A stretch of 64,000 nucleotides of DNA from an uncultured delta proteobacterium (GTDB lineage Bacteria > Myxococcota_A > Polyangia > Polyangiales > Polyangiaceae): assembly GCA_963806225.1 (NCBI GenBank), contig CAWDXG010000004.1, positions 2,944,001 to 3,008,000 of the forward strand, in the 5' to 3' direction. Every line of letters starts with the position of its first letter. Within the stretch, counting starts at the first letter, position 1. The translations under genes were made by a program, and so were the position numbers. The notes under the pieces were generated by a model. It worked only from the letters and a program-made list of their open reading frames with translations, was not told where the DNA came from and searched no databases. Positions 48,067-60,424 of the stretch are shown piece after piece.

Positions 48067-49558
48067 CTAGCGCTTCCACACCGCGTCGACGATGCGATCG
48101 ACGACGCGGTCGATGTGGTGACGGGTGGCGTTGTGCGGCATGCCGCCGTTCGACGATGAACGAGAACGCGATGGCGCCCTGGCCCGACGGCTCGAGCACG
48201 TAGCCGGACAGCGCGATCGAGCGCGCCAGGGTGCCCGTCTTCGCGCGCACCATGCGCTCGCTCCGGTACTTCCGGAAGCGCGAATGCAGCGTGCCGTCGA
48301 CACCGCCGACCGAGAGCTGCGCGACGTATTCGGGACCGATCGCCGGATCGCGGTACGCGCTGACCAGCACCTTCGCCAGCGTGGCGCTGCTGACGCGGTT
48401 GGCGTCGAACAGCCCTGAACCGTTGACGATCTTCGTCGTGCTCTCCAGCGCGCCGATCTGTTGCGAGGTAGTCCCGGACGGCCTTCGCGCCGTCGGAGCT
48501 GTGCGCCGGCGCGTGAGTGGTCTCCGCGCCCAGCGTCTTCAGGATCATCTCGGCGTAGAAGTTGTCGCTCTTCTTGCCGAGCTGCTGCACCAGCACGGAC
48601 AGCGGCGCGGACTCGTGGAAGACCAGACGCGCGTGCTCGCCCTCGCCGCCGGCAGCGACCTTGCCCGACAGCTGGACGCCGAGCGAGCGCAGGATCGTCC
48701 GCCAGCACGTAGCCGGGAAACAACCGTGGGTCGTCGACGCGCCGCGCGAAGCGGAGCCGCGGCAGCCGCTCGGCGAGGTGACCGCCGAGCATGCACGCAG
48801 CCGCTGTGATCCGCGGCCGGATGCAGAGAGAGGCGGACATCCTGTCCCTTGCCGGCCTCGACCGTGCCGACGCTTCCGGAAACCTCGACGAATCCCGGCG
48901 GGTCGAACCAGGCGTTGGCGCGGCATGTCCGGCGGTTGCCGGCATCACGTTCAGGGTCACGGAGTTCTCGTCCAGTGCGACGGCGCTGACCGGAGCGCGG
49001 AACGAGGCCCACTCGTTCGGCTGCTGCCCGAACGCCGGCGGCACGTACTCTGCGTCGAAGCGGCTCTGGTCGACCAGGATCCGTCCACTCACCCGCGACA
49101 GACCCATCTCCAGCAGCGAGCGGCACATCCGCCACAGGTCGTCCGTACGCAGCGACGGATCGCCGTGGCCACGCAACACCAGATCCCCCACGGCGCCCGC
49201 CTTCGAGATGCCCGTAGAGCCCGGTGGTGTAGCGATAGTCGGGGCCCAGGCGGGACAGCGCAGCCGCGGCGGTGAGCAACTTGGAGTTCGAGGCCGGACT
49301 GAGCGCCAGGTGCTCGCCCGAGGAGGCCAGAAGCTTTCCGCGGTTCACATCCATGACCGCGACGCCCAGTCGCCCGTGGTGTTGCTTCACCCAGCCCCCG
49401 AGCTCGTCCACTGCGTGCTGCAGGGAAGCGGATCGGGCGTCCGCCGCGCTCCTCCGGGCGGACGGAGTCTCGGCGAGCGCTGGGCGCTCCGCCACGGAAG
49501 CGGCACCAAGACCGAGCAGAAACAGGACGGCGAGCGCTCGGCGCGGTAGGGATCGCAT
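48067..49558 (-). CDS. dacB: D-alanyl-D-alanine carboxypeptidase/endopeptidase PBP4 (frameshifted)
   Basis: PASNSKL (SxxK), GDPSL, SDNFYAE (SxN), AKTGTL (KTG) across several frames. Confidence 0.92.
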
Positions 49559-49573
49559 GTAGCCAGCGTTACC

Positions 49574-51106
49574 GTGCCTTTCCCCATGTGCTCCAGAAAT
49601 CAGCAAAATTCGCCGAAATCCGCCGCGCTGTGGCTCGCCGCAGCGCTCGCGGCGGTGCTCGGCGGATGCCACCCCGCCCGGAGCGGGGGCTCTGGGCGGG
49701 CGCTCGAGATCCTGGCGCCGACCGATGTGGCCACGCTCGATCCGCGATTTTCAACCCGGGCGCTCGACATCAAGATCACCCGGCTCGTGCACGCCGGGCT
49801 CGTGGGTCTGGATCCGACGACTCTGGCGCCCATCCCGCTGGTCGCGGCGCGCTGGCACTTCGCCGACGATCGCACGCTGCACGTCACGCTCAAGCGCGGC
49901 GTGCATTTCCACAGCGGGCGCGCGCTCTCGCCGCAAGACGTGTGCGCCACGCTGGCCGCGCTGAACGACCCGGCGCTCGGCAGCCCGCACCGCGCCGTCG
50001 TGCGCGCCATCGGCAGTTGCCGCGAGGAAGGCCCACGGGAGCTCGTCATCCAACTGGCGCATCCGAGAGCCACGCTCCTGACCGATCTGGAGGTGCCGAT
50101 CCTGCGCGCCGACCAGGCGCGCCTGCCCCCGCGGCCCGACGGCAATCTCGACGGCCTGGGACCATTCCGCATCCGGCACGTCGACGAGGGCGCGGTGGAG
50201 CTCGGGCCGGCCGACACTGGCGTGATGCCGCGCCCCCGCCACAGCGTCGTCATCCGGACCGTCCACGACGAGAACGCGCGGGCGCTCCGTCTGCTCGCCG
50301 GCCGCGCCGACATCGCCGTGAACGCCATCTCGCCCGCGCTCTTGCCCGCGCTGGAAGGGCGTCACGGCCTGTCCGTGGTGTCGCGCCCCGGCGCGAACGT
50401 CACCTACCTGCTCATGCACAACGAGCGGCCACCCTTCGACCGCGTCGAGGTACGCCGCGCCGTAGCGCGCGCGATCGATCGGACCAAACTGGTGCGCACC
50501 CTGCTTTCGGGTCATGCCAAGGTCGCCAGCCAGATCTTTCCGCCGGGCCACTGGGCGCATGCGTCCGGGCTGCACCCCGAGCCGTTCGATCCCGGCCGCG
50601 CCCGCCGCGTGCTGCACACGTTGCCCCCGGTCACGCTGCTCACCAGCACCGATCGCGCCCGCATCACCATTGCGAGGGCCGTCGCACAGATGCTGGGCGA
50701 CGCCGGCCTCCAGGTGCGGGTGGTGCCGCTCGACCTCGGCGTGATGCTCGAGCGTCTCGACGGCGGCGACTACCAGATGGCCACCCTGGAGATGCCGGAG
50801 CTGACCGAGCCGAACATCCTCAAGTGGTTCTTCGATCCGAAGGGGGTGCCGGGAGAGGGCGGCGAAGGGCGCAACCGCGCCCGCTACCGCTCCCCCGAAG
50901 CCGGGGCACTGCTGGAGGCCGCCTCGACCACGCGCGACCAGTCCGTGCGGGCCGGCCTCTACGTCCGGCTGGCCCGCCTGATGGCGGACGACATGCCGGT
51001 CATCCCCCTGTGGCACGAGGACCAGATCGCCGTCCTCTCGCCTCGCGCGCGCGGCTTCAGGCCCAGCGCGGAAGGCCGCTGGCTCTCGGTCGCGAAGCTG
51101 CCCTGA
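49574..51106 (+). CDS. ABC peptide/nickel substrate-binding lipoprotein (family 5)
   Basis: Lipobox LGGC, TLDPR, GVHFHSG, GLGPF, VRRAVARAIDR, DMPVIPLW. Confidence 0.9.
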   Translation: MPFPMCSRNQQNSPKSAALWLAAALAAVLGGCHPARSGGSGRALEILAPTDVATLDPRFSTRALDIKITRLVHAGLVGLDPTTLAPIPLVAARWHFADDRTLHVTLKRGVHFHSGRALSPQDVCATLAALNDPALGSPHRAVVRAIGSCREEGPRELVIQLAHPRATLLTDLEVPILRADQARLPPRPDGNLDGLGPFRIRHVDEGAVELGPADTGVMPRPRHSVVIRTVHDENARALRLLAGRADIAVNAISPALLPALEGRHGLSVVSRPGANVTYLLMHNERPPFDRVEVRRAVARAIDRTKLVRTLLSGHAKVASQIFPPGHWAHASGLHPEPFDPGRARRVLHTLPPVTLLTSTDRARITIARAVAQMLGDAGLQVRVVPLDLGVMLERLDGGDYQMATLEMPELTEPNILKWFFDPKGVPGEGGEGRNRARYRSPEAGALLEAASTTRDQSVRAGLYVRLARLMADDMPVIPLWHEDQIAVLSPRARGFRPSAEGRWLSVAKLP

Positions 51107-51142
51107 CTTGCGTTCCCGCGCCGATGCGGCCAAAAGGGGCTG

Positions 51143-51697
51143 GTGACCGCCTCGTCGAAGTCCCGCCCGTTGACCGCGCTGCTCGCCGCGGCAGCGGCTG
51201 TCGCCGTGCTGGGCATCGGCACGAACGCGCGCGCCGACGAGCCGGTGCGGCCCCAGCGCCACGACGTCGGCGTCTACCCCACCACCTCGACGCGGCTGCC
51301 GCTGTTCCTGATCGGAGCCGGCACGACGGCGGTGTTCTACGGCGCAGCGGTGGGCCCGTCGTACCTCTGGCCGACCGCTCCGGGCGCCAGCGATCTGCGC
51401 ATCCCCATCGCCGGCCCCTTCATGGCGCTCGGCAAGACAGGCTGCGCCAAGGACGACCCGGGTTGCAGCACGCTGATCGTCGTGCTGCGCGCGCTCCTCA
51501 CGGGCATCGACGGCGTCGGCCAGGTTGGCGGCCTGGGGTTCATGGGCGAAGCGCTGTTCCTGCCCACCACGGTCGACTCGCCCGCCGCAGCGCGCCGACG
51601 CCGCCGACTCGAGAGCGCTCGCTCGTTCGAGATCCACCCGGTTCCGATCATGTCCGGCAAGGACGGCGTCGGACTCGGCGTGATCGGCCGCTTCTAG
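51143..51697 (+). CDS. Hypothetical secreted/membrane protein
   Basis: Signal peptide, LRIPIAGPF, C-terminal GVGLGVIGRF. Confidence 0.7.
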   Translation: MTASSKSRPLTALLAAAAAVAVLGIGTNARADEPVRPQRHDVGVYPTTSTRLPLFLIGAGTTAVFYGAAVGPSYLWPTAPGASDLRIPIAGPFMALGKTGCAKDDPGCSTLIVVLRALLTGIDGVGQVGGLGFMGEALFLPTTVDSPAAARRRRRLESARSFEIHPVPIMSGKDGVGLGVIGRF

Positions 51698-51795
51698 CCT
51701 TCGCCCTCGCTGCAGGTTTGCAGCCGTGGCGGTGTCCGCCCCGCACAGCCGCGAATAGCGTTGCGCCCGCGTAGCCGCGACGGCAGCGTGGCGAC

Positions 51796-53220
51796 GTGAA
51801 ACACCTGCTGTTGCCAGTCTTGTTCGTGTGCGCGGGCGCCGTCGCCTGCAGCGGTTCGCACGAGGTATCGATCACCGACCACGACTCGGGCGCGGCGGGC
51901 AGCGGCGGCGCGGCAGGCAGCGCCGGTGCGGCGGGCAGCGGTGGCGCCGCGGGAACGGACGGCGGAGCGGGGACCGCGGGGACAGGCGGCGCCGCCGGCA
52001 GCGGCGGCAGCGCGGGCAACAGCGGGGTGCCAACGCAGAGCATCAGCCAGTCTTCCCTGTCCGCCGTGGAGACCGAAACGAACCTGGCCGTCGCGGACAA
52101 CGGCTACGTCGTCGCCACCTGGATCGGCATCCAGCCCACGCAGCACTCGCACAGCGGCTACGCCTTCAGCAAGAACGACGGACAGACCTGGATGCCGCCG
52201 CAGAAGCTGGAAGCGCCGGGCGGGCGCACATCGAGCGATCCCGTCGTCGCGGCGGCGCCCGACTCGAGCTTCTACCTGGCGTGGATCGCCTTCCAGCGCG
52301 ACGCGCAGGGCAATCCCTACGACATGCGCGTGTACGTCTCCAAGGCCGCCGCGGGAGACACCAGCTTCGGCGCGCCGCAGGATATCGCCGGCGCCATCAC
52401 CTCCGACGCGATCGACAAGCCGTGGGTGACGGTGGCGCCCGACGGCACGGTCTACGTGACCTGGCTCGACACTGGCAGCCAGTCGAAGAACCTGTCGCCC
52501 CGCATGCGGGTCGCGGTGAGCGAAGACCAGGGACAGACCTGGAACATCTATCCGATCGACAGTGGACAGGGCGGTTTCCGCAACCTGATCTACCCGTGCG
52601 TCGACGACGTGACCGGCCGCGTCTACGTCACCTATCACCCGGGCGGCGGCATCGGGCTGCGCTGGAGCGACGACAAAGGGAAGACCTGGCCCGGCGCCAC
52701 GGCGGTCGCGTCGCAGTCCGATCCGAAATCCATGTTCGACGATCCAACCTGCGCAGCGCACAACGGCGAGGTGTGGGTGACCTATGGCGTCGGCACCGAT
52801 CCGTTCACCGAAACGGACAACGCCCGCTCCGATCAAATCCGCGTCGCCCATTCCAGCGACGCCGGACAGAGCATCGCCGACCGCCATTTCGCGGAGGATG
52901 CAACGGCGGGCACGAAATTCCTGCACGCGCAGATGGCACGCGAAGCGAGCGGCGCGCTGGACATCCTCTACTACGCCGGAAGCGACCAGAATCCCGATTC
53001 GGCCGGCAGCGTGAGGCTTTCGCAATCGACCGACAAGGGCAAGACGTGGAGCTCGAGCCTCGTGGTCAAGGCGCCGATCACTTTCCTTTCCACGCGCGGC
53101 GATCAGCGCTGGCTCGGCGACTACATCGGCCTCGCTGTGCACAGCGGCAAGGCGTACGGCAGCTTCGCCGACAACACATCCGGCACGTCGCACGTCGAGT
53201 TTTTCGTGCACACATTCTAG
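51796..53220 (+). CDS. BNR/Asp-box (sialidase-like beta-propeller) lipoprotein
   Basis: Lipobox AVAC, Gly linker, Asp boxes SKNDGQTW, SEDQGQTW, SDDKGKTW, STDKGKTW; C-terminal GDYIGL. Confidence 0.88.
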   Translation: MKHLLLPVLFVCAGAVACSGSHEVSITDHDSGAAGSGGAAGSAGAAGSGGAAGTDGGAGTAGTGGAAGSGGSAGNSGVPTQSISQSSLSAVETETNLAVADNGYVVATWIGIQPTQHSHSGYAFSKNDGQTWMPPQKLEAPGGRTSSDPVVAAAPDSSFYLAWIAFQRDAQGNPYDMRVYVSKAAAGDTSFGAPQDIAGAITSDAIDKPWVTVAPDGTVYVTWLDTGSQSKNLSPRMRVAVSEDQGQTWNIYPIDSGQGGFRNLIYPCVDDVTGRVYVTYHPGGGIGLRWSDDKGKTWPGATAVASQSDPKSMFDDPTCAAHNGEVWVTYGVGTDPFTETDNARSDQIRVAHSSDAGQSIADRHFAEDATAGTKFLHAQMAREASGALDILYYAGSDQNPDSAGSVRLSQSTDKGKTWSSSLVVKAPITFLSTRGDQRWLGDYIGLAVHSGKAYGSFADNTSGTSHVEFFVHTF

Positions 53221-53425
53221 GGAGCGCACGCGCTGCCCGGCCCCGTGAAACAGCCGAAACGTTCCACGGGCCGCGGCGGCCCGCACCCGCGTGTCGCCCT
53301 GCCACGGCGCGCCACACAGGCCCCGGTGCGGGACGCGCGGGAATCACGCCACGATCAGCCGCGCCAAAATCCAGGGTGCGAAATGAGCCCAGGAGTGATA
53401 AGAGCCCTCTGATGGAGGCCGTACG

Positions 53426-55108
<1,683 letters not shown>

Positions 55109-55123
55109 ACCGCTTTACGCGAT

Positions 55124-55681
55124 TCAAAGCGCCTTCCTTCGCGCTGCGGCCCATTGGGCCTCGAGCCCGAGCTGCTCGACCCACTTTTCCACGTAGCCGC
55201 GGTCGAGCCGGTCGCCCTGCAGCCGGAGGATGCCGGCTGCGTCCTCGATCTGGCGCTCGGATGCGCCGAGCTTCGCCCACTCGAGCTTGGCGATCAGCAC
55301 GTCCTCGGCTGAAGCCACGCTCAGCGGAACGTTCTCGACTTCGAGAATGGTCCGACGCGAGAATTCCTCGCGACTGAAGTCGCGCGCCTTCATGATGATG
55401 AAATCGACCTTCCAGCCTGTGGCGAAGTCGATCACATTGAACTGGCTCTGGTGCGACAATGCCTCCAGAGCCGCATCCTCGCTCACGTAGTACTCGGTGT
55501 CGGGGAGCTTCTGGAGCAGGGCAAGGAGCTGGGCGCGGCTCGGAGCGATGACGATGTCGATATCCTGCGTCGCCCGTGGCTGTCCGTGGAGCGAGCTCGC
55601 GTAGGAACCCGTCAACATGTACGGGATGGCGCAAGCCTCCAGCACATCTCGAAGCCTCGCCAGTAGATCGGGAATGCTCAA
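55124..55681 (-). CDS. Nucleotidyltransferase, MenT1-like putative toxin
   Basis: PYMLTGSYASSLHGQPRATQDIDIV (pol-beta NTase motif), EDVLIAKL..RQIEDA. Confidence 0.8.
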   Translation of the reverse strand: MSIPDLLARLRDVLEACAIPYMLTGSYASSLHGQPRATQDIDIVIAPSRAQLLALLQKLPDTEYYVSEDAALEALSHQSQFNVIDFATGWKVDFIIMKARDFSREEFSRRTILEVENVPLSVASAEDVLIAKLEWAKLGASERQIEDAAGILRLQGDRLDRGYVEKWVEQLGLEAQWAAARRKAL

Positions 55682-55899
55682 CGCCGCTCCGGGGCGACGC
55701 CGTACAGCTCGCGCATCAGCTCGGCGTCGACGCCGGCTTCATCGAGCTCGGGGTGCCGTGCCCGGATGCCCGCCTTGGCGAAGCTGCGCACGGTCTCGCT
55801 CATCTCCACCGCGAGCCGGAAGCGCCCCTGTTCCCCCAACCGCCGGTGGATTTCGAGCTGCACCCGCGCCGCCTCGAGCGTCGTGTCCAGGGTCGGCAT
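55678..55899 (-). CDS. Small helical putative antitoxin (MenA1/Rv0078B-like)
   Basis: 73 aa, RFRLAVEMSETVR..GIRARHPEL; ATGA overlap with the NTase gene. Confidence 0.72.
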   Translation of the reverse strand: MPTLDTTLEAARVQLEIHRRLGEQGRFRLAVEMSETVRSFAKAGIRARHPELDEAGVDAELMRELYGVAPERR

Positions 55900-56051
55900 G
55901 GCGCGATGGAGCGTAGCATGCCGTCAGCGGGCAGCGTGCTCATCGCGGCGGGGCGCGAGGGGGCCACACGAAGGGCCGAAGGGCCGAAGGTTTTATGGGG
56001 GGTCGAGTGTTGGGGCGGCGGAGCGCGGCTAGTCCAGCGGGTGGGCCGCGG

Positions 56052-56960
56052 TCATCGCGGCGCGGCGGCGCGCCCGCTGTCGTAGAGCACGCGGATGGCG
56101 AGCCCCTCGCCGGGGCGCGCGCCGAGCTGGAGCACCACGCTGCGCCCGCCGGGCCAGCGCCATGTCTCGCGGCGGTACGCCGTGCCCGAACGCAGACAGT
56201 CGAGGAACGCTTTCCGCTTCCGGCACGCATCGGGTTGCACGACGTGGCTGTCGTCCGGGTTCCGCCATTCGCGCTGCAGCTCGTCGTGGTACGCGCGGAA
56301 TGCGCGCAGCCAGAGAGCGGCGTCGTTGCTGTCCGAGCGCGACGAAAGCTCCGCGCTCTCCACGCGCCCGTCTGCAACGCGCACGCGCACCGTCACTCCC
56401 GGCGCCGGCACGCGCCCCGGCACGCCGCCGCAAGAGAATCCGTCGGGCTCCGGTGTCGCCCGGTAGCCCGACCACGCGCACACCGAGCGCGCCTGCTGCT
56501 CCGGCATCCCGAACGCGAAGCCCCATCCCGCCCAGGGGCCGCGCTGGGCGAAGCGGAGCTCGGCCAGGTCGCGCTGATCCATCGCGTGAAGCCGACGCCG
56601 CTTCGCCTCGCGCTTCGCCTCGCGCTTCGCCTCGCGCTTCGCATTCCGCTTCGCGTCCTGGCAGTCCGAATGCGCCACGAAGCCCGCCACGGCAGATGCG
56701 CCGAAGCCGAGCGCAGTCACTGCCGCCAGCACCCCTTCCGCGTTCCGGGTCTGCTGGTCGTCGCCAGGACCAGGCGGGCTCAGCAGGAGCGCGGAAAGGC
56801 CCGCACCGATCGCCAGATCCGCGGCCGGAAACCCGGCAGACGCGTGGCAGCTCCCATCCCGGGGATTGTCCGGGGGCCGCGAGAAGCAGATCGAGCAGCC
56901 GCTCGTCGCCGCGGCCGCCGCGAACATCACCGAGGCCGCTGCCGCCGCCATGGTTCGCAT
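56052..56960 (-). CDS. Hypothetical lipoprotein/membrane protein
   Basis: Lipobox-like TSGC, two hydrophobic helices, AKRE repeats, Cys-containing C-terminal domain. Confidence 0.6.
   Translation of the reverse strand: MRTMAAAAASVMFAAAAATSGCSICFSRPPDNPRDGSCHASAGFPAADLAIGAGLSALLLSPPGPGDDQQTRNAEGVLAAVTALGFGASAVAGFVAHSDCQDAKRNAKREAKREAKREAKRRRLHAMDQRDLAELRFAQRGPWAGWGFAFGMPEQQARSVCAWSGYRATPEPDGFSCGGVPGRVPAPGVTVRVRVADGRVESAELSSRSDSNDAALWLRAFRAYHDELQREWRNPDDSHVVQPDACRKRKAFLDCLRSGTAYRRETWRWPGGRSVVLQLGARPGEGLAIRVLYDSGRAAAPR
56599..56654. repeat. 12-bp tandem repeat (AKRE codons)
   Basis: cgcttcgcctcg x3 plus degenerate copies. Confidence 0.85.
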
Positions 56961-57048
56961 GGGTGAAAAGCAAGCCCTCCGACCCCTATTGTGGGAGCGA
57001 TCAACCCCTCATGCAAGCCGGGCGGCGTGCCCGGCGCGAACCCCGTGC

Positions 57049-58008
57049 TCAGTACGTGATGACGCGTATCCGCGGCCCCGCGCTCACCGTCACCTGGCGG
57101 GCGCGCAGCACGTCGCCATCGAGCACGTACGGGCCGCCCTCGCCGGGGAAGCGCACGGAGAACTCCCTCACCAGGTCGTCGAAAACGCCCTCGCCCCGCA
57201 ACGGGCGGCCCGTCAGCACGCGCGGCGCCTGCGGGCCGAGCTGGCGCGTGCCGAGCGGCGAGGCGACCAGGTGGGGCCGCTCCGGATCCTCGCCGGCGCG
57301 GTGGTTCACGTACATGTGCAGGCCGAGATCCTTGACCACCGACGACATGATCAGGCTGTAGCCGGCGGGCGCGAGATCGCGTCCCTCCACCGACACGGTG
57401 CACGGCAGCGGATCGAGCACGCTGCGCGAATACGCGTCGCCCACGACCGAGCCGACGAAGATGCGCGCCACGAGGCGCGCGGCGGTCGCGTAGCCGTCCC
57501 CACCCGCCGCGTAGTAGCGATCGAAGAAGCGCGCCACGAGCCCGGTTCCGAACATGAAGCCGATCCGGGTCCCTCCCCCCTGCTCGCTGACGCGCAGGGT
57601 CGGGTGCTCCACGGCCTCGGGCAGGGCTTCACCTGCAACGGCGCGCCGGACGGTCGAGAGGAGATCGCTCCGGTGTCCGAAGTTCCGCGCGACGGTCGCC
57701 ACCGTGCCGGCCGGTGCCAGGATCAGGGTCGGCAGCTCGCGTCCGGCAAAGGCCTGCTCGAGCGCGGTGACCCCGGACATGAAGGTGCCGTCGCCGCCGC
57801 ACAGCACGACCCGCTCCGCGCCCGCCTCCGCGATCCGCGCCATGGTCTCGGCCAGCTCGTCCACGCGGCGGGTCACCCAGAGGCGCGCGCGGCCGGAAGC
57901 CAGCGTCTCCATGCGCCCGAGGAGCCGGGAGCCACCCCGGCTGAGCCGGTGGGCGTTGGCATTGAGGATCAAGTGGGTCGCGTTGACCTCGCGATCACGT
58001 GCTATCAC
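57049..58008 (-). CDS. Diacylglycerol kinase-family lipid kinase
   Basis: LILNANA, CGGDGT, PAGTVATVARNFG, YVLDGD; start uncertain. Confidence 0.88.
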   Translation of the reverse strand: MIARDREVNATHLILNANAHRLSRGGSRLLGRMETLASGRARLWVTRRVDELAETMARIAEAGAERVVLCGGDGTFMSGVTALEQAFAGRELPTLILAPAGTVATVARNFGHRSDLLSTVRRAVAGEALPEAVEHPTLRVSEQGGGTRIGFMFGTGLVARFFDRYYAAGGDGYATAARLVARIFVGSVVGDAYSRSVLDPLPCTVSVEGRDLAPAGYSLIMSSVVKDLGLHMYVNHRAGEDPERPHLVASPLGTRQLGPQAPRVLTGRPLRGEGVFDDLVREFSVRFPGEGGPYVLDGDVLRARQVTVSAGPRIRVITY

Positions 58009-58016
58009 CGGGTGCG

Positions 58017-59301
58017 ATGTCTCGATGGCTCGTCGTAGCACTGGCAGCGGCCACCACTGTAGCGTGCGGCACGGCAGGAGTCGTGCAGACCGCCCTACAC
58101 GGCGACCTCGCGCAGCTCAAGCGCAAGATCAGCGAGGGTCAGCAGAAGGGGGCCCTGGACCGCTCCACGACGCTCCAGCTGGCTGCCGCGGTGGCCGGGC
58201 GCGAGCTCCGTTCCTCGAAGGGTCCGGCCGCCGCAGCCCGGGTGGACGCGCTCCGGGCGTGCGCCGGCTCGCTGGAGTCGGTGCTGCGCGACCGCGCTTC
58301 CCTCCCCGACGACGTCGGTGCCCAGGCCACCCTGATGCTTCTCGAGCTCGGAAAGCTGCGATCGCCCCGATCTCGTGGCCCGCTACTCGGAGGCTTCGAA
58401 CGGCGCGTGGCGCGCCGTGGCGGCTCGGGCGGCGACGGGCCCACGCGACGGCCGCCTGCGGCGTCGATTCATCGGTGACGGCGATCAACGCGTGCGCAAG
58501 GCGGCCCTTTTCGCCTCCCTGGAAACCAAGGACGCCGCGGATCTCGACCCCCTGCTGGAAGCTGCCCGGCTGGATCCCGATCCGCTGCTCCGCAGCCTGG
58601 CCGTGCGCGCCGTGGGAGCCATCGGGGGCCAGCGCGCGGTGCTGGCACTGAAGGATCTCTGGGCACAAAGCGACGGCACCACCCGCGAGACGATCGTGGA
58701 CGCCTGGGCCATGCCCGCGCTGTACCGGGCGGGGGGAGCCCGCGAGCTCAGGACCGTCGCAGAGAGCGGCGGCTCGCTTGCGGCCATCGCCGCCGCGGTC
58801 CAGCTATCCCGCAAGTCCGGCGAGGACGCCGCGCTGGGGGCGACGTTCCTGGCGCGGGCCATCAAGCAGGGCACGCAGACGGAGCGGCGTGTGGCGATCC
58901 AGCTCGCGCCCGTGACCGACCCGGACGTACAGAAGGCCCTGTCGGAAGCGACCCGGGACGCCGATCCGGACGTGAAGGTGATGGCACTGGCCCGCTCCCT
59001 GGGCGTGCCGGCGGCGCAGGCCGACGCGAAGCGACAGCTGGAGAAGCTCGCGAAAGGCAAGGACCGCGTGGCGGTGCAGGCCCGCGCCGCCCTGGCCGCG
59101 GCACACGACGGCAGCATTTCGGGCGAGCTCCTGCACCAACTTGCCTCCCGGAGCCCCGAGGAGCGACGCCTGGCCGCCCTCGCCCTGATCCGCCTCGGCA
59201 ACTACTCCCGGGCGGCCACGGCGCTGGCCGACGACGATCCGGACGTGCGCGCGTCCACCGCCTGCTCGATGATTGCAGAGGCCCACCGCCGGGAACATTG
59301 A
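58017..59301 (+). CDS. HEAT-repeat lipoprotein (one frameshift)
   Basis: Lipobox TVAC; repeats DGDQRVRKAA, DPDPLLRSLA, DADPDVK, DDDPDVRAS; indel near 58370. Confidence 0.82.
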
Positions 59302-59334
59302 ATTCTACGGCCGACGCCTGTATGCCCGCGCACC

Positions 59335-60261
59335 ATGAGCTTTCTGCGAGGGACGGCGGCGGCGGCACTTCTCCTGGCGCTGACCGTGGGGTCGACAGGC
59401 TGTATCAAGAAGATGCTGCTCGACGGTCAGATCAAGGGGACCCGCCAGGGCTCCGGGGCCGTGAACACGCTGCAGGACTACGAGGTGGCCAACGCGATCG
59501 CCTTCGCGGGCCTGGGGCAGATGGAGGGCATGCACAAGCTGGCGCCGGACAACACCGACGCCCTGTTCATGTTGACGAAGTCGTGGAGCGGCGCCTCGTT
59601 CGCCTTCATCGAGGACAAGTACGAGCAGGCCTACGAGAAGGGCGACGACGTGATGGCCGAGTACGAGCTGATGCGCGCGCGGGCCGCGTATCAGCGGGCC
59701 ATCTTCTACGGCGTCGAGCTGCTCTCGCACCACGCCGAGGGCTTCAAGCAGGCCAAGCGCAACCAGGCCACCATGCACAAGTGGCTGGCCGACAACTTCA
59801 CCGACAAGGACCAGGCGGAGGATCTGCTCTGGACCGGCTACGCCTGGGTGGCGCGCGTCGGCGTGTCCAAGGACTTGCCCGCGGTCGTCGGGGAGCTCTA
59901 CGTGGGCATCGAGATGGTCAAGCGCTCCGTCGCGCTCGACGAGACGCTCGACCACGCGATGGGCCACACGATCCTCGGCGCCTACTACTCGAGCTTCAAG
60001 GAGTTCGACAAGAGCAAGGCCGAGTTCGACCGCGCCCTGCAGCTCACCGGCGGCAAGTCCCTGACCGTCCAGCTCAACTACGCCGTCCGCTACTACTGCG
60101 CGAAGAGCGACAAGGCGAACTACATGAAGATGCTCAACGCAGTGCTGGCGGCAGGCGACCCCCTGCCGGAAGCCCGCCTGCAGAACGTGATCGCCAAGCG
60201 CCGGGCCCGCCGCTACCTGGGCAACAAGATCTGGCAGGAAGAGTGTGGTTTCGCGCAGTAG
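59335..60261 (+). CDS. TRAP transporter TatT (TPR-like) lipoprotein component
   Basis: Lipobox STGC, helical pattern, FDRALQL..NYA..Y, LQNVIAKRRA; directly upstream of dctP. Confidence 0.8.
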   Translation: MSFLRGTAAAALLLALTVGSTGCIKKMLLDGQIKGTRQGSGAVNTLQDYEVANAIAFAGLGQMEGMHKLAPDNTDALFMLTKSWSGASFAFIEDKYEQAYEKGDDVMAEYELMRARAAYQRAIFYGVELLSHHAEGFKQAKRNQATMHKWLADNFTDKDQAEDLLWTGYAWVARVGVSKDLPAVVGELYVGIEMVKRSVALDETLDHAMGHTILGAYYSSFKEFDKSKAEFDRALQLTGGKSLTVQLNYAVRYYCAKSDKANYMKMLNAVLAAGDPLPEARLQNVIAKRRARRYLGNKIWQEECGFAQ

Positions 60262-60424
60262 GCTGGCCCCGGCCCGGCGTCCCTGCACAGACTTTCAGTC
60301 GTTCGCGTTGTGGCCGGTCATTTTTTTTCCGCTACTGATTGATCGGATTCGGGGCGAGCCCCGTCTCACTCAAGCTGAACGGCCCTCCCGGCCGTACCAC
60401 GGACTAGCTAGGAGGTTGTCGGAC

